From Mobula hypostoma (lineage: Eukaryota): a stretch of DNA of 64,000 nt. Position numbers and translations under genes: made by a program. The stretch spans positions 3,162,001 through 3,226,000 of the forward strand of contig NC_086097.1 of the NCBI RefSeq assembly GCF_963921235.1, given 5' to 3'. The notes beneath the pieces were generated by a model that was not told where the DNA came from, did not search any database, and saw nothing but the letters and a program-made list of their open reading frames with translations. Positions 1 through 10,990 of this stretch are shown piece by piece (the first letter of the stretch is position 1; every line of letters begins with the position of its first letter).

Positions 1-106
1 TTTGGAACCATTTTCTAAATTACTGAGCTTTGTGATTCAGAATGGAGTCTTCACCCTTGCATACCTTGTTGAACTGTGTGGATTGTGTTATCGAGCATTC
101 AATAAG
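1..106 (+). CDS. UNC79: UNC79 coding exon (5' part outside window): LEPFSKLLSFVIQNGVFTLAYLVELCGLCYRAFNK
   Basis: Frame from nt 2 is open to AAG|GTAAAA donor at 107; peptide matches recalled vertebrate UNC79 and joins in phase 0 to the next exon (ERDKFYLSR). Confidence 0.9.
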
Positions 107-1691
107 GTAAAATCTTCACTTCCCTTTAGGATTTTTGTATTGAATAAATCTATATCTTTTTAAGGCCGCCTTATAAATAATGTCACGTCATGGTGAACGC
201 ATTGACATGGTTCAGATGTATGGCTGTTATAATCAGGATAGGATCACGCTTAATATCATCAGCATATGTCGTGAAATTTGTTAACTTTGCGGCAGCTGTA
301 CAATGCAATATGTGACAAAATAGAAAAAATGAATTGCAGTAATTCAATATATGTATATTAACTAGCTAAAATAAGTAGTGTAAGAACAGAAATTAAAAAA
401 AAGTATTGAGGTAGTGTTCATGGATTCAATGCCCATTTAGAAATAAGATGGCAGAGGGGAAGAAGCTGTTCCTGAATCACTGAGTGTGTGCCTTCTGGCT
501 TCTGTACCTCCTACCTGATGGTAACAGTGAGAAAAGGGCATGCCCTGGGTGTGGAGGTCCTTAATGACGGACACCGCCTTTCTGAGACACCGCTCCTTTA
601 AGATGTCGTGGATACTATGAAGGCTAGTACCCAAAATGGAGGTGACTAATTTTACAACTTTCTGCAGCTTACTGATCCTGTGCAGTAACGCTCCCCCCAT
701 ACCAGACAGTGATGCAGCCTTTCAGAATGCCCTCCACAGTACAAACCAAATCTCCTCAAACTCCTAATGAAATATAGCTGCTATCTTGCCTTCTTTATAG
801 CAGTATCAATATTTTGCAACTAGGTTATATCCTCAGAGACACTGACGCCCAGGAACTTGAAATTGATTGCTCTCTCCATTTCTGATTCCTCTGTGAGGAT
901 TGGTGTGTGTTCCCTCATCTTACCTTTCTGAAGTCCACAATCAGCTCTTTGACCTTACTGATGTTGAGTGCCAGGTTGTTGCTGCGACACCACTCAGGTT
1001 GTTGGTATATCTCGCTCTCGTACACCCCCTCGTCTCTTTCTGAAATTCTGCCTACAATATTTGTATCATCAGCAGATTTATAGATGGTATTTGAGCTATG
1101 CCTAGCCACACGGCCATGGGTGTAGAGAGAGTCGAGCAGTGGGCTAAGCACACATCCCTGTGCACCAGTGTTGATTGTCAGCGAGATTGAGATGTTATCA
1201 CCAATCTGCTCAGATTGTAGTTTTCTGGTTAGGAAGTCAAAGGTCTAGTTGCAGACAGAGGCATAGAGGCCTAGGTCCTATAGCTTTTCGATCAGACCTG
1301 TAGGGATGATGGTGTTAAATGCCGAGCTACAGTCAATGAACAGAGTCCTGACATAGGTGTTGGTGTTGTCCAGGTGATCCAAGGCTGTATGGAGCCATTG
1401 AGATTGTGTCTGCCATAGACATATTGTGGTGATAGGCAAATTGCAGTAGGTCCAGGTTCTTACTGAAACAGGTGTTGATTCTAGCCATGACCAACCTCTT
1501 GAAGCATTTCATCTCCATAATTGTGATTGCTACTGGATGATAATTGTTGAGGCAGCTGACACTGCTCTTCTTCGACACTGGTATAATTGTTGTCCCTTTG
1601 AAACAGGTGGGAACTTCTGTCTGTAACAATGAGAGATTGTAAATGTCTTTGAATACCCTCGTCAGTTGGTTGGCACAAGTTTTCAGAGCCT

Positions 1692-2968
1692 AACTGAAGA
1701 ATTTTTTCCCATTTTTCAGTCGGTATATTAATCTCAGGTTCTCTTTCCCAGTCAGCTTTAATTTTATTAGAAGCATCAGGACATAAATTCAAAATTATAT
1801 CATATATGATTGCTACAACACTTTTCTGAGAGAGATTTAAATCTAAAATTTTTTCCAAAATATCCGTTGGATATGGATGTGGGAAATTAGGGGAAACAGT
1901 AATTAAAAAGTTCCTAATCTGTAAATATCTGAAAAAGTGAGATCTGGGTAAGTTATATTTGTTAGAAAGTTGATCAAAAGACATAAAACAATTATCCATA
2001 AATAAATCGCGAAAAGATATTATACCTTTAATTTTCCAATCAGAGTAGGCTTGATCCATCGTGGAAGGTTGAAAAAGAAAGTATCATCCTCTGTATGTGC
2101 TAAGCATAGGTTGATACAGTTTAAAGTAGTGCACAGGACTCATATGTCCAAAGATAAACTATCTCGTTATTACTCTTATATTAATCCAATATGTGACAGA
2201 TGTCATTCCGAGATAGCTTCTCTAACCCACATGTTTTGGTCATGTCCCCTGTTGCAGAAATATTGGAAAGATATTTTTGATATTATTTCAACGGTTTTAA
2301 ATATAGACTTACAACCGCATCCAATTACTGCTATCTTTGGACTACCAATGATAAATTTAAATAATTTAACCTCTTCATCACGAAGAATGATTGCATTTCT
2401 TACTTTAATGGCCAGAAGGTCTATTTTATTGAATTGGAAAGAGATTAACCCTCCTAAGGTATTTCATTGGTTTTCACAAACTATGGTGTGTTTGAATTTG
2501 GAGAAAATTAGAAGTGCAGTTTATGACCCTTCCATCAAGTTTGAAAAAACCTGGAGGCCATTCATTCAGCATTTTCACTTAATGTAATATCTTTATTTCC
2601 AAACCTATTCTATTTCTCTGTATTGTTGTTGGAGGGGAATGGAGTCGTCGGCACTGAGGTTTTCTTCTTTTTCATTTTTAAGTTCTTAGATTTGCCCAAG
2701 TCTTTTAGTTTAGTTGATTAATTTTGTCTTTCTTTTGGGTCGGGGTTTTTTTTTTGGTTTTGGTTTTTTTTTTCTTTTTCATGTTTTTTTAGTTTTTTTT
2801 TGATCTGTATTATCCGTTGTTAGTTTTATATGGTTGGGAGTTTTGTCAAATTTCAATATTGGACTTTACGATTACTGTTTGTAAGTGTAACAATTTATCT
2901 CCTATTATTTGTATCATTGCTATGTTTTGTTTATATATTCTAAAATTAATAAAGAGATTGAAAAAGAA
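1692..2968 (+). mobile_element. 5'-truncated L1 with 5' inversion (twin priming)
   Basis: 1692-~2082 encodes ORF2 ...WEKILQL on minus; ~2083-2587 continues SSSVCAKH...CCHC...FHLM on plus; AATAAA and A-rich tail; 15-bp TSD AAGTTTTCAGAGCCT at 1677-1691 and 2969-2983. Confidence 0.92.
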
Positions 2969-3476
2969 AAGTTTTCAGAGCCTTACCAGGTACTCTATCG
3001 AGGCCTGTCACCTTGTGAGGGTTCACCCCCCTGAAAGACAGCCTGACATTTGCCTCCAAGACAGAGATTACAGGGTCACCAGATGCTGCAGGGATCGTCA
3101 TAGTTGTAGTTTTATTCTCCCTTTTTTTTTAAATCTTTTTATTGAGTAAGTATACAAAAAAGGTAAGCCATATAAACATTAATACAATGTTAAAGTATAA
3201 TAAAATTCCAAAAGACATCAATACCAAAAAGAAAATACTACAAACAATGTAATTTAAGCATAAGAAACCAAGATAACATAATAATATACTAAATTTTATA
3301 TATATCAATGGAAAAAAAAGAAAAAAAACCCCCCAAAAAAAAACGCACCGTGCAGCTAACTAAAAGCAAGGCAAAGCAATGGGCTAACTTGAAACCAAAC
3401 AGAGTTAAACTTAAAATCACGTCCTCAATCCCGACCTCCATTAAAAACAGTGAAAAAAAAACAAGAAGGGTAAATA

Positions 3477-6400
3477 TTACATTAAATGAAAATATCGAAT
3501 AAAAGGTCCCCAAATCTGTTCAAATTTAAATGAAGAATCATAAAGGTTACTTCTAATTTTCTCCAAATTCAAACATAAAATCGTCTGAGAGAACCAAAAA
3601 AAGGTAGTTGGAGCATTAAGCTCTTTCCAATGTTGTAAAATACATCTTTTCGCCATTAAAGTAAGAAATGCAATCATTCTACGGGCTGAAGGGGAAAGAT
3701 TACTAGAAATTTTAGGTAGTCCAAAGATAGCAGTAATAGGGTGAGGAGAGATATCTATATTTAATACCTTAGAAATAATATTGAAAATATCTCTCCAAAA
3801 AGTTTCCAAAGTAGGGCAAGACCAAAACATATGAGTTAAAGAGGCTATCTGCCCCGAACATCTATCACAGAAAGGATTAATATGCGAGTAAAAACGCGCT
3901 AACTTATCTTTGGACATATGTGCTCTATGAACCACTTTAAATTGAATTAGGGAATGTTTAGCACAAATAGAGGAAGTATTAACTAATTGTAAAATCTGCC
4001 CCCAATCATCCACAGAAATGGTAAGCCCCAATTCCTGTTCCCAATCTACCCTATTCTTATCAAATGGAGCTTTCCTAAGTTTCATAATAATATTATAAAT
4101 CATAGCCGATGCACCTTTCTGACATGGATTAAGGTTAATTATCGAATCTAAAATATATGTAGGAGGAAGCATTGGAAAGGAAGAAAGTATAGTACTTAGG
4201 AAATTTCTAACTTGTAAATATCTAAAAAAATGTATTCTTGATAAGTTATATTTATTAGATAGTTGTTCAAAAGACATAAGGGAACCATCTAAAAATAAAT
4301 CCAAAAACCGTAAAATACCCTTAGTCTTCCAAGTTTGAAAAGCGCGATCCGTAAAAGAGGGAGGAAAAAATATGTTACCTAAAATAGGAATCGCTAACCC
4401 GAATTGATTAAGATCAAAAAATTTTCTGAATTGAAACCAAATGCGCAAAGCATATTTAACTATCGGGTTAGAGACCTGCTTAAGATGTTTCGAATCAAAA
4501 GGGAGAGAGGAGCCTAAAATAGAACCAAGTGTATAACCCTGAACAGATTGTAATTCCAATGCTACCCATTTAGGAATAGATAGTATGTCCCGGTCAAGTA
4601 ACCAAAATTTCATATGTCGAATATTAATAGCCCAATAATAGAATCTAAAGTTAGGTAATGCTAAACCTCCATCTCTCTTAGCTTTCTGTAAATGTATTTT
4701 ACCCAGTCTCGGATTCTTATTCTGCCAAATAAATGAAGAAATTTTAGAGTCAACTTTATCAAAAAAAGATTTAGGAACGAAAATTGGTAATGCCTGAAAC
4801 ACATATAAAAATTTTGGCAAAAAGAACATCTTAACTGCATTAATACGACCAATCAAAGTTAAATATAAGGGAAACCATTTAGATGAAAGTTGAGTAATAT
4901 GGTCTATTAATGGTAAAAAGTTAGTCTTAAATAAATCTTTGTATTTACAAGTAATTTTAATCCCAAGATATGAAAAGTAATTATTAATCAATTTAAATGG
5001 AAATTTATAATATAAGGGAAGATGTTTATTAATCGGAAAAAGTTCACTCTTACTAAGATTTAATTTATAACCTGAGAAAAGACCAAATTGTGCTAATAAC
5101 TCTAAAACAGCAGGAATGGATCTCTCAGGATTAGAAATATATAAAAGTAAATCATCAGCATAGAGTGATAATTTATGGGACTTTAATCCCCGAGTTATCC
5201 CAGTAATATTTGAAGATTCTCGAATAGCAATTGCAAGAGGTTCTAATGCAATATCAAATAATAGGGGACTAAGAGGACAGCCTTGTCGAGTACCACGAAA
5301 GAGAGGAAAAAAAGGTGAGTTTAAAGAGTTAGTACGAACCGAGGCTACAGGGGAGTGATATAACAGTTTAATCCAGGATATAAATTTCAAGCTAAAATTA
5401 AACATTTCAAGCACCTTAAATAAATAAGGCCATTCTACTCTATCAAAAGCTTTCTCGGCATCTAAAGAAATAACACACTCAGGAACATTTTGTGAGGGAG
5501 TATAAACGATATTTAACAATGTACGAATATTATAAAAAGAGTAACGACCTTTAATAAAACCCGTTTGGTCTTCCGAAATAATAGAAGGAAGTACTTTTTC
5601 TAGTCTATTTGCTAATAACTTAGAAAAAACTTTAGAATCAACATTTAATAAAGATATTGGTCTATAAGATGCACATTGAGCAGGGTCTTTATCCTTCTTT
5701 AGTATTAGAGAAATTGATGCTCTATTAAAAGATTCAGGAAGTTTACCAAGTTTCAAAGAAGCCTCAAAAACCCTACAGAGCCAAGGAATCAATAAAGAAG
5801 CAAAACATTTATAAAATTCAACGGTAAACCCATCAGGGCCAGGAGCTTTTCCCAGATTCATAGAAAAAATAACATTCTTAATCTCATCCATTGTAATGGA
5901 AGTATCTAATAAAGAAGACATATCCTGTGAAATCTGAGGGAAGTCTAACTTATCTAAAAAATCATTCATATATTTAGAATCTCGAGGAGACTCTGATTGA
6001 TATAAAGAAGAATAAAAATCACAAAAGGTTTGATTAATCCCCACATGATCCAGTATCAATCGATCATTTTGGTTATAAATCTGATTGATTTGAGATTTAA
6101 CATAATTAGATTTCAATTGATTAGCCAGCAGCTTGCCAATTTTGTCACTGTGAACATAAAAGTCACTTCTTGTTTTCTTTAATTGGTTTACAATCGAGGA
6201 CGAGAGTAATAAACTGTGTTCCATTTGAAGTTCAGTTCTTTGTTTGTATACCTCCTCAGAAGAAGCCATAACATATTTCTTATCAATTTCTTTAATCTTG
6301 TCCACAATTGCCATCTCCTCCTGCTTCTGTTTCTTCCTCAAAGCAACAGAATACGAAATAATCTGACCCCGAATATAGGCTTTAAAAGTGTCCCAAAGAG

Positions 6401-7253
6401 TGTTAACCGAAATATCTTCTTTATGATTAATTGTAAAAAAAAGCTCAATCTGTTCATTCATAAAATTAACAAAGTCCGAGTCCTGAAGCAACAGCGAATT
6501 AAAACGCCATTGTCTATTATTTGGTATATTGGCCATAATTTTAATAGAAAGCTTAAGTGGAGCATGATCCGAAATGGTTATAGAATCATAATCACATTTA
6601 ATCACTGAAGGAATAAGACGAGAATCAATGAAAAAATAATCAATTCTTGAATAGGAATGATGAACATGTGAAAAGAAGGAAAAATCTTTTTCCTGAGGAT
6701 GCAGAAAACGCCAAATGTCCGTCGACCCAGAATCAGAAAGGAAAAAATTAATCAGATTTGCAGATTTATTAGGTAAAGTCCGTAAAGGAGCCGAACGGTC
6801 CAAAGCTGGAGACAAACAGGTATTACGATCTCCGCCCCAAATCAATGAAAACTCGTTCAAATTCGGAAACTGATCAAACAATGATTTATAAAATTCCGGA
6901 CAATCCATATTAGGAGCATAAACATTAACCAAAACTACTTTTTTATTAAATAGTAAACCACTAACCAATAAAAATCTACCATTCGGATCAGAGAAAATAT
7001 CCTGTTGTATAAAAGTAACTGAGGAATCTATAAAAATAGAGACGCCTCGAATCTTAGCATTGGAGTTCGAATGAAATTGTTGTCCCTTCCAGAATTTGAA
7101 AAAACGTAGTCTGTCCCCCCTCCGTACATGGGTCTCTTGTAAAAATAAAATTTGTGCTTTAAGTCTCCGGAACACTTTAAAAACTTTTTTCTTTTTAATA
7201 GGATGATTAAGACCATTAGTATTCCAGGAGACAAAATTAATAATAGACTCCAT
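3477..7253 (-). CDS. L1 ORF2p (APE endonuclease, reverse transcriptase, C-terminal CCHC), 1258 aa from ATG at 7253
   Basis: SWNTNGL, LQETH, NVYAPN, SRIDYF, SDH; KAPGPDG, YRPISLLN, DAEKAFD, QGCPLSP, YADD; CDRC-x8-H-x4-C; no stops. Confidence 0.96.
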   Translation of the reverse strand: MESIINFVSWNTNGLNHPIKKKKVFKVFRRLKAQILFLQETHVRRGDRLRFFKFWKGQQFHSNSNAKIRGVSIFIDSSVTFIQQDIFSDPNGRFLLVSGLLFNKKVVLVNVYAPNMDCPEFYKSLFDQFPNLNEFSLIWGGDRNTCLSPALDRSAPLRTLPNKSANLINFFLSDSGSTDIWRFLHPQEKDFSFFSHVHHSYSRIDYFFIDSRLIPSVIKCDYDSITISDHAPLKLSIKIMANIPNNRQWRFNSLLLQDSDFVNFMNEQIELFFTINHKEDISVNTLWDTFKAYIRGQIISYSVALRKKQKQEEMAIVDKIKEIDKKYVMASSEEVYKQRTELQMEHSLLLSSSIVNQLKKTRSDFYVHSDKIGKLLANQLKSNYVKSQINQIYNQNDRLILDHVGINQTFCDFYSSLYQSESPRDSKYMNDFLDKLDFPQISQDMSSLLDTSITMDEIKNVIFSMNLGKAPGPDGFTVEFYKCFASLLIPWLCRVFEASLKLGKLPESFNRASISLILKKDKDPAQCASYRPISLLNVDSKVFSKLLANRLEKVLPSIISEDQTGFIKGRYSFYNIRTLLNIVYTPSQNVPECVISLDAEKAFDRVEWPYLFKVLEMFNFSLKFISWIKLLYHSPVASVRTNSLNSPFFPLFRGTRQGCPLSPLLFDIALEPLAIAIRESSNITGITRGLKSHKLSLYADDLLLYISNPERSIPAVLELLAQFGLFSGYKLNLSKSELFPINKHLPLYYKFPFKLINNYFSYLGIKITCKYKDLFKTNFLPLIDHITQLSSKWFPLYLTLIGRINAVKMFFLPKFLYVFQALPIFVPKSFFDKVDSKISSFIWQNKNPRLGKIHLQKAKRDGGLALPNFRFYYWAINIRHMKFWLLDRDILSIPKWVALELQSVQGYTLGSILGSSLPFDSKHLKQVSNPIVKYALRIWFQFRKFFDLNQFGLAIPILGNIFFPPSFTDRAFQTWKTKGILRFLDLFLDGSLMSFEQLSNKYNLSRIHFFRYLQVRNFLSTILSSFPMLPPTYILDSIINLNPCQKGASAMIYNIIMKLRKAPFDKNRVDWEQELGLTISVDDWGQILQLVNTSSICAKHSLIQFKVVHRAHMSKDKLARFYSHINPFCDRCSGQIASLTHMFWSCPTLETFWRDIFNIISKVLNIDISPHPITAIFGLPKISSNLSPSARRMIAFLTLMAKRCILQHWKELNAPTTFFWFSQTILCLNLEKIRSNLYDSSFKFEQIWGPFIRYFHLM

Positions 7254-7972
7254 AAATCCTAAAGTCAACCCACAACAAGGAGGATTGACGATAGGTGCGA
7301 CCCACAAACCCGGAGAGGAAACAGAACATACAAAAGATACCGGGAAAAAGGACGCAACCAGTACTTCAATAATGTATATAGCCCAAAGAGAAACAAACTA
7401 AAACGTGAAGCCCCTCCCACCACCCCCCGCCCCAAGACCTCAAGGCAAAATCTAAAGCAGACCCGCCAGAAAGAAGCAAGCGCTAAAACTACCCCCATGA
7501 CTTCCGGTATACGCTCCCTAAAAAAAAGGTATAAATATGAAAAGGATCAGCTAATTGTAAAACAGTAAAAAAGTAAGTAAAAAAAAGTTAGCTCAATTAA
7601 AATACCCACAGAACAGAACAAAAGCCGGAAAATATATATTAAAAAAACCACAATAAACCTCAAACCCATGAATAGACACAGCAACAAGAAAAAATAGGAT
7701 TATTGACATAAAGTGGTTATAAAAAGCAAAACAGAATAAAATTTAAAAAAAACTACAAAATTTAAGGCCACACAGGAAATACGTAAAATGACAAAAGGGA
7801 AGTAACCACCCAGAATCCCCTGGGAAAAGAAAGAAATGACGCAGTTAAAAAGAAAGTTTAGCGACCATATTAAGAAATCAAAAATAAACTTTTCTGCCCA
7901 GATAGGGCACGAAAAAGTTAAAACCAACCAATTCACAGCCTCCGATCAACGGAGATAATTAAAAAAAGGCAA

Positions 7973-8872
7973 TTAAGATGTTGAGGATGAAAGTTGATCC
8001 AGATAACTCTGGGCATCCGATGGAGAATCAAAAAAACGAAGGGCTCCATCTGACATGCGAATCCTTAGACGTGCAGGGTACAGCAGCGCTGGTCTTAAAT
8101 CCATCTTATAGAATTCTGACATCACGGATCTGTAACGAACCCGTTGGTCCCAGATTGGTTTACTGAAATCTTCCATGAATCGGAACTTAAGATCCGAAAA
8201 ATCAATGAAACCTTTAGATCGAGCAAATCGAAACAGTCTCTCCTTGTCTTGAAAATAATGAAAACGTAAAATAACATGCCTAGGTCTATCTGACCTAGAC
8301 GAATATGATGGGATTCTGTGAACACGATCCAGAAGCGGTGGTTGGTCAGGAAATACAGTAGGGAATGCATCTTTTAAAAGTTGAGAAAAATATTTCATGG
8401 GGTTGTTGGATTCCATGGCTTCCCTCACCCCGATCATTCGTAAATTCTGCCGTCGCATTCTAGATTCCAAGTCAGAGTTTTTAAAAGTCAAAAAGTCAAG
8501 TTTCTTCTTCATTACATTAATTGTTTCTTCGATTTTCCCCATCTTAAGCTCACTTTGTTGCGCGAATTTTTGAAGATCAGATATAGCCGACTGATGTTCC
8601 GCAATACATGTTTGCATCTTATCCATTGAATCGGCAATTTTCTGGAGATTAGTTGAGATTTCCGCATGAATCAGGTCTTTAACAGAGCCTGCAATTTCCG
8701 TACGAATCATCTCCCTAACAGAGGTTGAAATTTCCCTCTGAATTAACTCCGATATCGCTTTCAAAGTCACCGGTGATTCAGTCGGAGGGAAATCCGTAGC
8801 TTTCGGTTTAACCGGAGGTTTACCATCCTTGCCGTTTTTCCCGTTCTTAGACATAGCAGATCTAAGTATCAT
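7973..8872 (-). CDS. L1 ORF1p (coiled coil, RRM, CTD), 299 aa
   Basis: Coiled coil followed by DLESRMRRQNLRMIGVRE, LDRVHR, PRHVILRF, LLYPARLRI typical of L1 ORF1. Confidence 0.93.
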   Translation of the reverse strand: MILRSAMSKNGKNGKDGKPPVKPKATDFPPTESPVTLKAISELIQREISTSVREMIRTEIAGSVKDLIHAEISTNLQKIADSMDKMQTCIAEHQSAISDLQKFAQQSELKMGKIEETINVMKKKLDFLTFKNSDLESRMRRQNLRMIGVREAMESNNPMKYFSQLLKDAFPTVFPDQPPLLDRVHRIPSYSSRSDRPRHVILRFHYFQDKERLFRFARSKGFIDFSDLKFRFMEDFSKPIWDQRVRYRSVMSEFYKMDLRPALLYPARLRIRMSDGALRFFDSPSDAQSYLDQLSSSTS

Positions 8873-9299
8873 CCAATTGTCGGAGAATTCAGTTTAATTC
8901 AAAGTATTGTAAGAATTGATGCCTTAATGGTTAATTAAAGTATAGCTGACCATAGAGAAAAAAAAATTCAGAGGTAATGGAGCGAGTCAAGAACACGACT
9001 TCACTCCATGAGCGCTACCGGAAGTCTCTATTCTCCCTTTTGAAATGAGCATTAAAGGCTTTAGCTCATCTGGTAGTGAAGCATCATTTCCATTCATGAT
9101 GTTGGGATTTTGGTTGTAGAGAGTAATGGTCTGCAAACCCTGCCAAAGTTGATGAGCATCTGACGTCGCCACCCATCTCTCTCAGAATTGTGTCTTAGCT
9201 CTTGAAAGAGCACTTTGCAACTTTAAACAACTCATTTCAAGATAATTTCCACTGATTTGCAATTATTTTTCCAGATTTTCTGAAGTGGACCATCTCATG

Positions 9300-10990
9300 G
9301 CCCAGAATAGTACAGCACAGGAATAGATCCTTCAGCCCTCAATATTGTGCTGAACCAATTAAATTAGCAATCAAGTGGCCAACTAAACTAATCCCCTTTG
9401 CCCTCACAATGTCCATATCCTTCCATTTTTGTCACATTCATGTGCCTATCGAAACGCCTCTTAAGAGTCCCTAATGTATCTGCCTCTACCACCACTCCAG
9501 ACAGTGCATTCCAGGCACCCATCACTCTCTGTGGAAAAAAAACTTGCCCCTCACATCTCCTTTGAAATTACCTTCTTTCACCTTCAATGCAGGCCCTCTG
9601 GTATTAGACATTTCAACCTTGGGAAAAAGATGCTGTCTTTTGACTCCATCGGTGCCTCTCATAATCTAATAAACCTCCATCAGATCTCTCCTCAGCCTCT
9701 GCTGCTCCAGAGAAAACAACCCAAGTTTTTCCAACCTCCTGTTATATCATAAACCTTGTAATCCAGGCAGCATCCTGGTAAACATTTCTGCACCTCCTGC
9801 AAACTCTCAACATCTTTCCTATAATGGGATGACCAGAACTGTATGCGATACTCCAGATGTGGCTGTTATGTTTTCTGCAGCTTCAAAACATTAAACTAGT
9901 TCAAAAGAAGACACAGCAGTCCAAAATGTGAGTCTTACTTTCTGTTTACCCATAATGAATTATTGAAACGAATGAGAATGCTTAATCAGACAATATATCC
10001 ACAAGATTGTAGGTCAAATATGATGGCAGAATATAGCATTAATGGTAAGACTCTTGGCAGTGTGGAGGATCAGAGGGATCTTGGGGTCCAAGTCCATAGG
10101 ACACTCAAAGCAGCTATGCAGGTTGACTCTGTGGTTAAGAAGGCGTATGGTGCATTGGCCTTCATCAATTGTGGGACTGAATTTAAGAGACAAAAGGTAA
10201 TGTTGTAGCTATATAGGACCCTGATCGGACCCCACTTGGAGTACTGTGCTCAGTTCTGGTCACCTCACTATAGGAAGGATATGGAAACCATAGAAAGGAT
10301 GCAGAGGAGATTTCCAAGGATGTTGCCTGGATTGGGGATCATGCCTTATGAGAATAGGTTGAGTGAACTCGGACTTTCCTTCTTGGAGAGACGGAGGATG
10401 AGAGGTGACCTGATAGAGGTGTACAAGATAATGAGAGGCATTGATCGTGTAGATAGTCAGAGGCTCTTCCCCAGGGCTGAAATGGGTAGCACAGGAGGGC
10501 ATATTTTTAAGGTGCTTGGAAGTAGGTACAGAGGAGATGTCGGGTAAGTTTTTTATGCAGAGAGTGGTGAGTGCGTGGAGTGGGCTGCTGGCAGCAGTGG
10601 TGGAGGCGGAAATGATAGGATCTTTTAAGAGACTCCTGGATGCCTACATGGAGCTCAGAAAAATAGAGGGCTGTGGGTAAAGCCTAGGTAGTTCTAAGTT
10701 AGGCACATGTTCGGCACAGCTTTGTGGGTCGAAGGGCCTGTATTGTGCTGTATGTTTCTATTGTTCAAATAGCACCGAAATATGAAATACAAAACAGTGG
10801 ACTAACTAGAGTTTTATAAAGCTGCAACATAACTTCCTGACTTTTGAACTCAGTACCTTGACTAATAAGCCTTCTTAATCACCCTGTCAGCCTGGGTAGC
10901 CACATTCAGGGAGTTGTGAAGTTGGATCTCAAGATTCCTCTGCTCATCAACACTGTTAAGGGTCTTGCCCTTAACTGTGTACTGTCTCTT
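9300..10990 (-). mobile_element. CR1 3' fragment hosting a nested LTR-like element and a + strand CR1
   Basis: CR1-type 3' end and RT remnant; sequence resumes after 10796. Confidence 0.7.
9864..10796. mobile_element. Solo-LTR-like element (TG...CA), itself interrupted by a CR1 (+, ~10005-10760)
   Basis: Starts TGTTATG, ends AAAACA; flanked by GTGGC/GTGGA near-TSD; inner CR1 gives EYCAQFWSPHYRKD and RGDLIEVYK. Confidence 0.6.

Larger units (their letters stand above)
3126..9028 (-). mobile_element. Full-length L1-clade LINE (~5.9 kb), antisense to UNC79
   Basis: 5'UTR, ORF1, ~720-bp spacer, ORF2, 3'UTR with AATAAA and polyA; 13-bp TSD TATTCTCCCTTTT at 3113-3125 and 9029-9041. Confidence 0.96.
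230..9220 (-). mobile_element. Decayed Rex1/Babar-type LINE split by two L1 insertions (pieces ~230-1691, 2969-3125, 9029-9220)
   Basis: RT remnants (LSPLLDSLYTH, SADDTNIVG, KELIVDFRK, VPTCFK, DASLPDEL); pieces rejoin across the L1 TSDs and match the copy at 31.5-33 kb. Confidence 0.85.

Noticed and set aside
7254..7307. 18-aa N-terminal extension of L1 ORF2 in the ORF track
   Set aside because: Starts at a non-ATG codon; the ATG at 7253 sits just before the EN domain as expected
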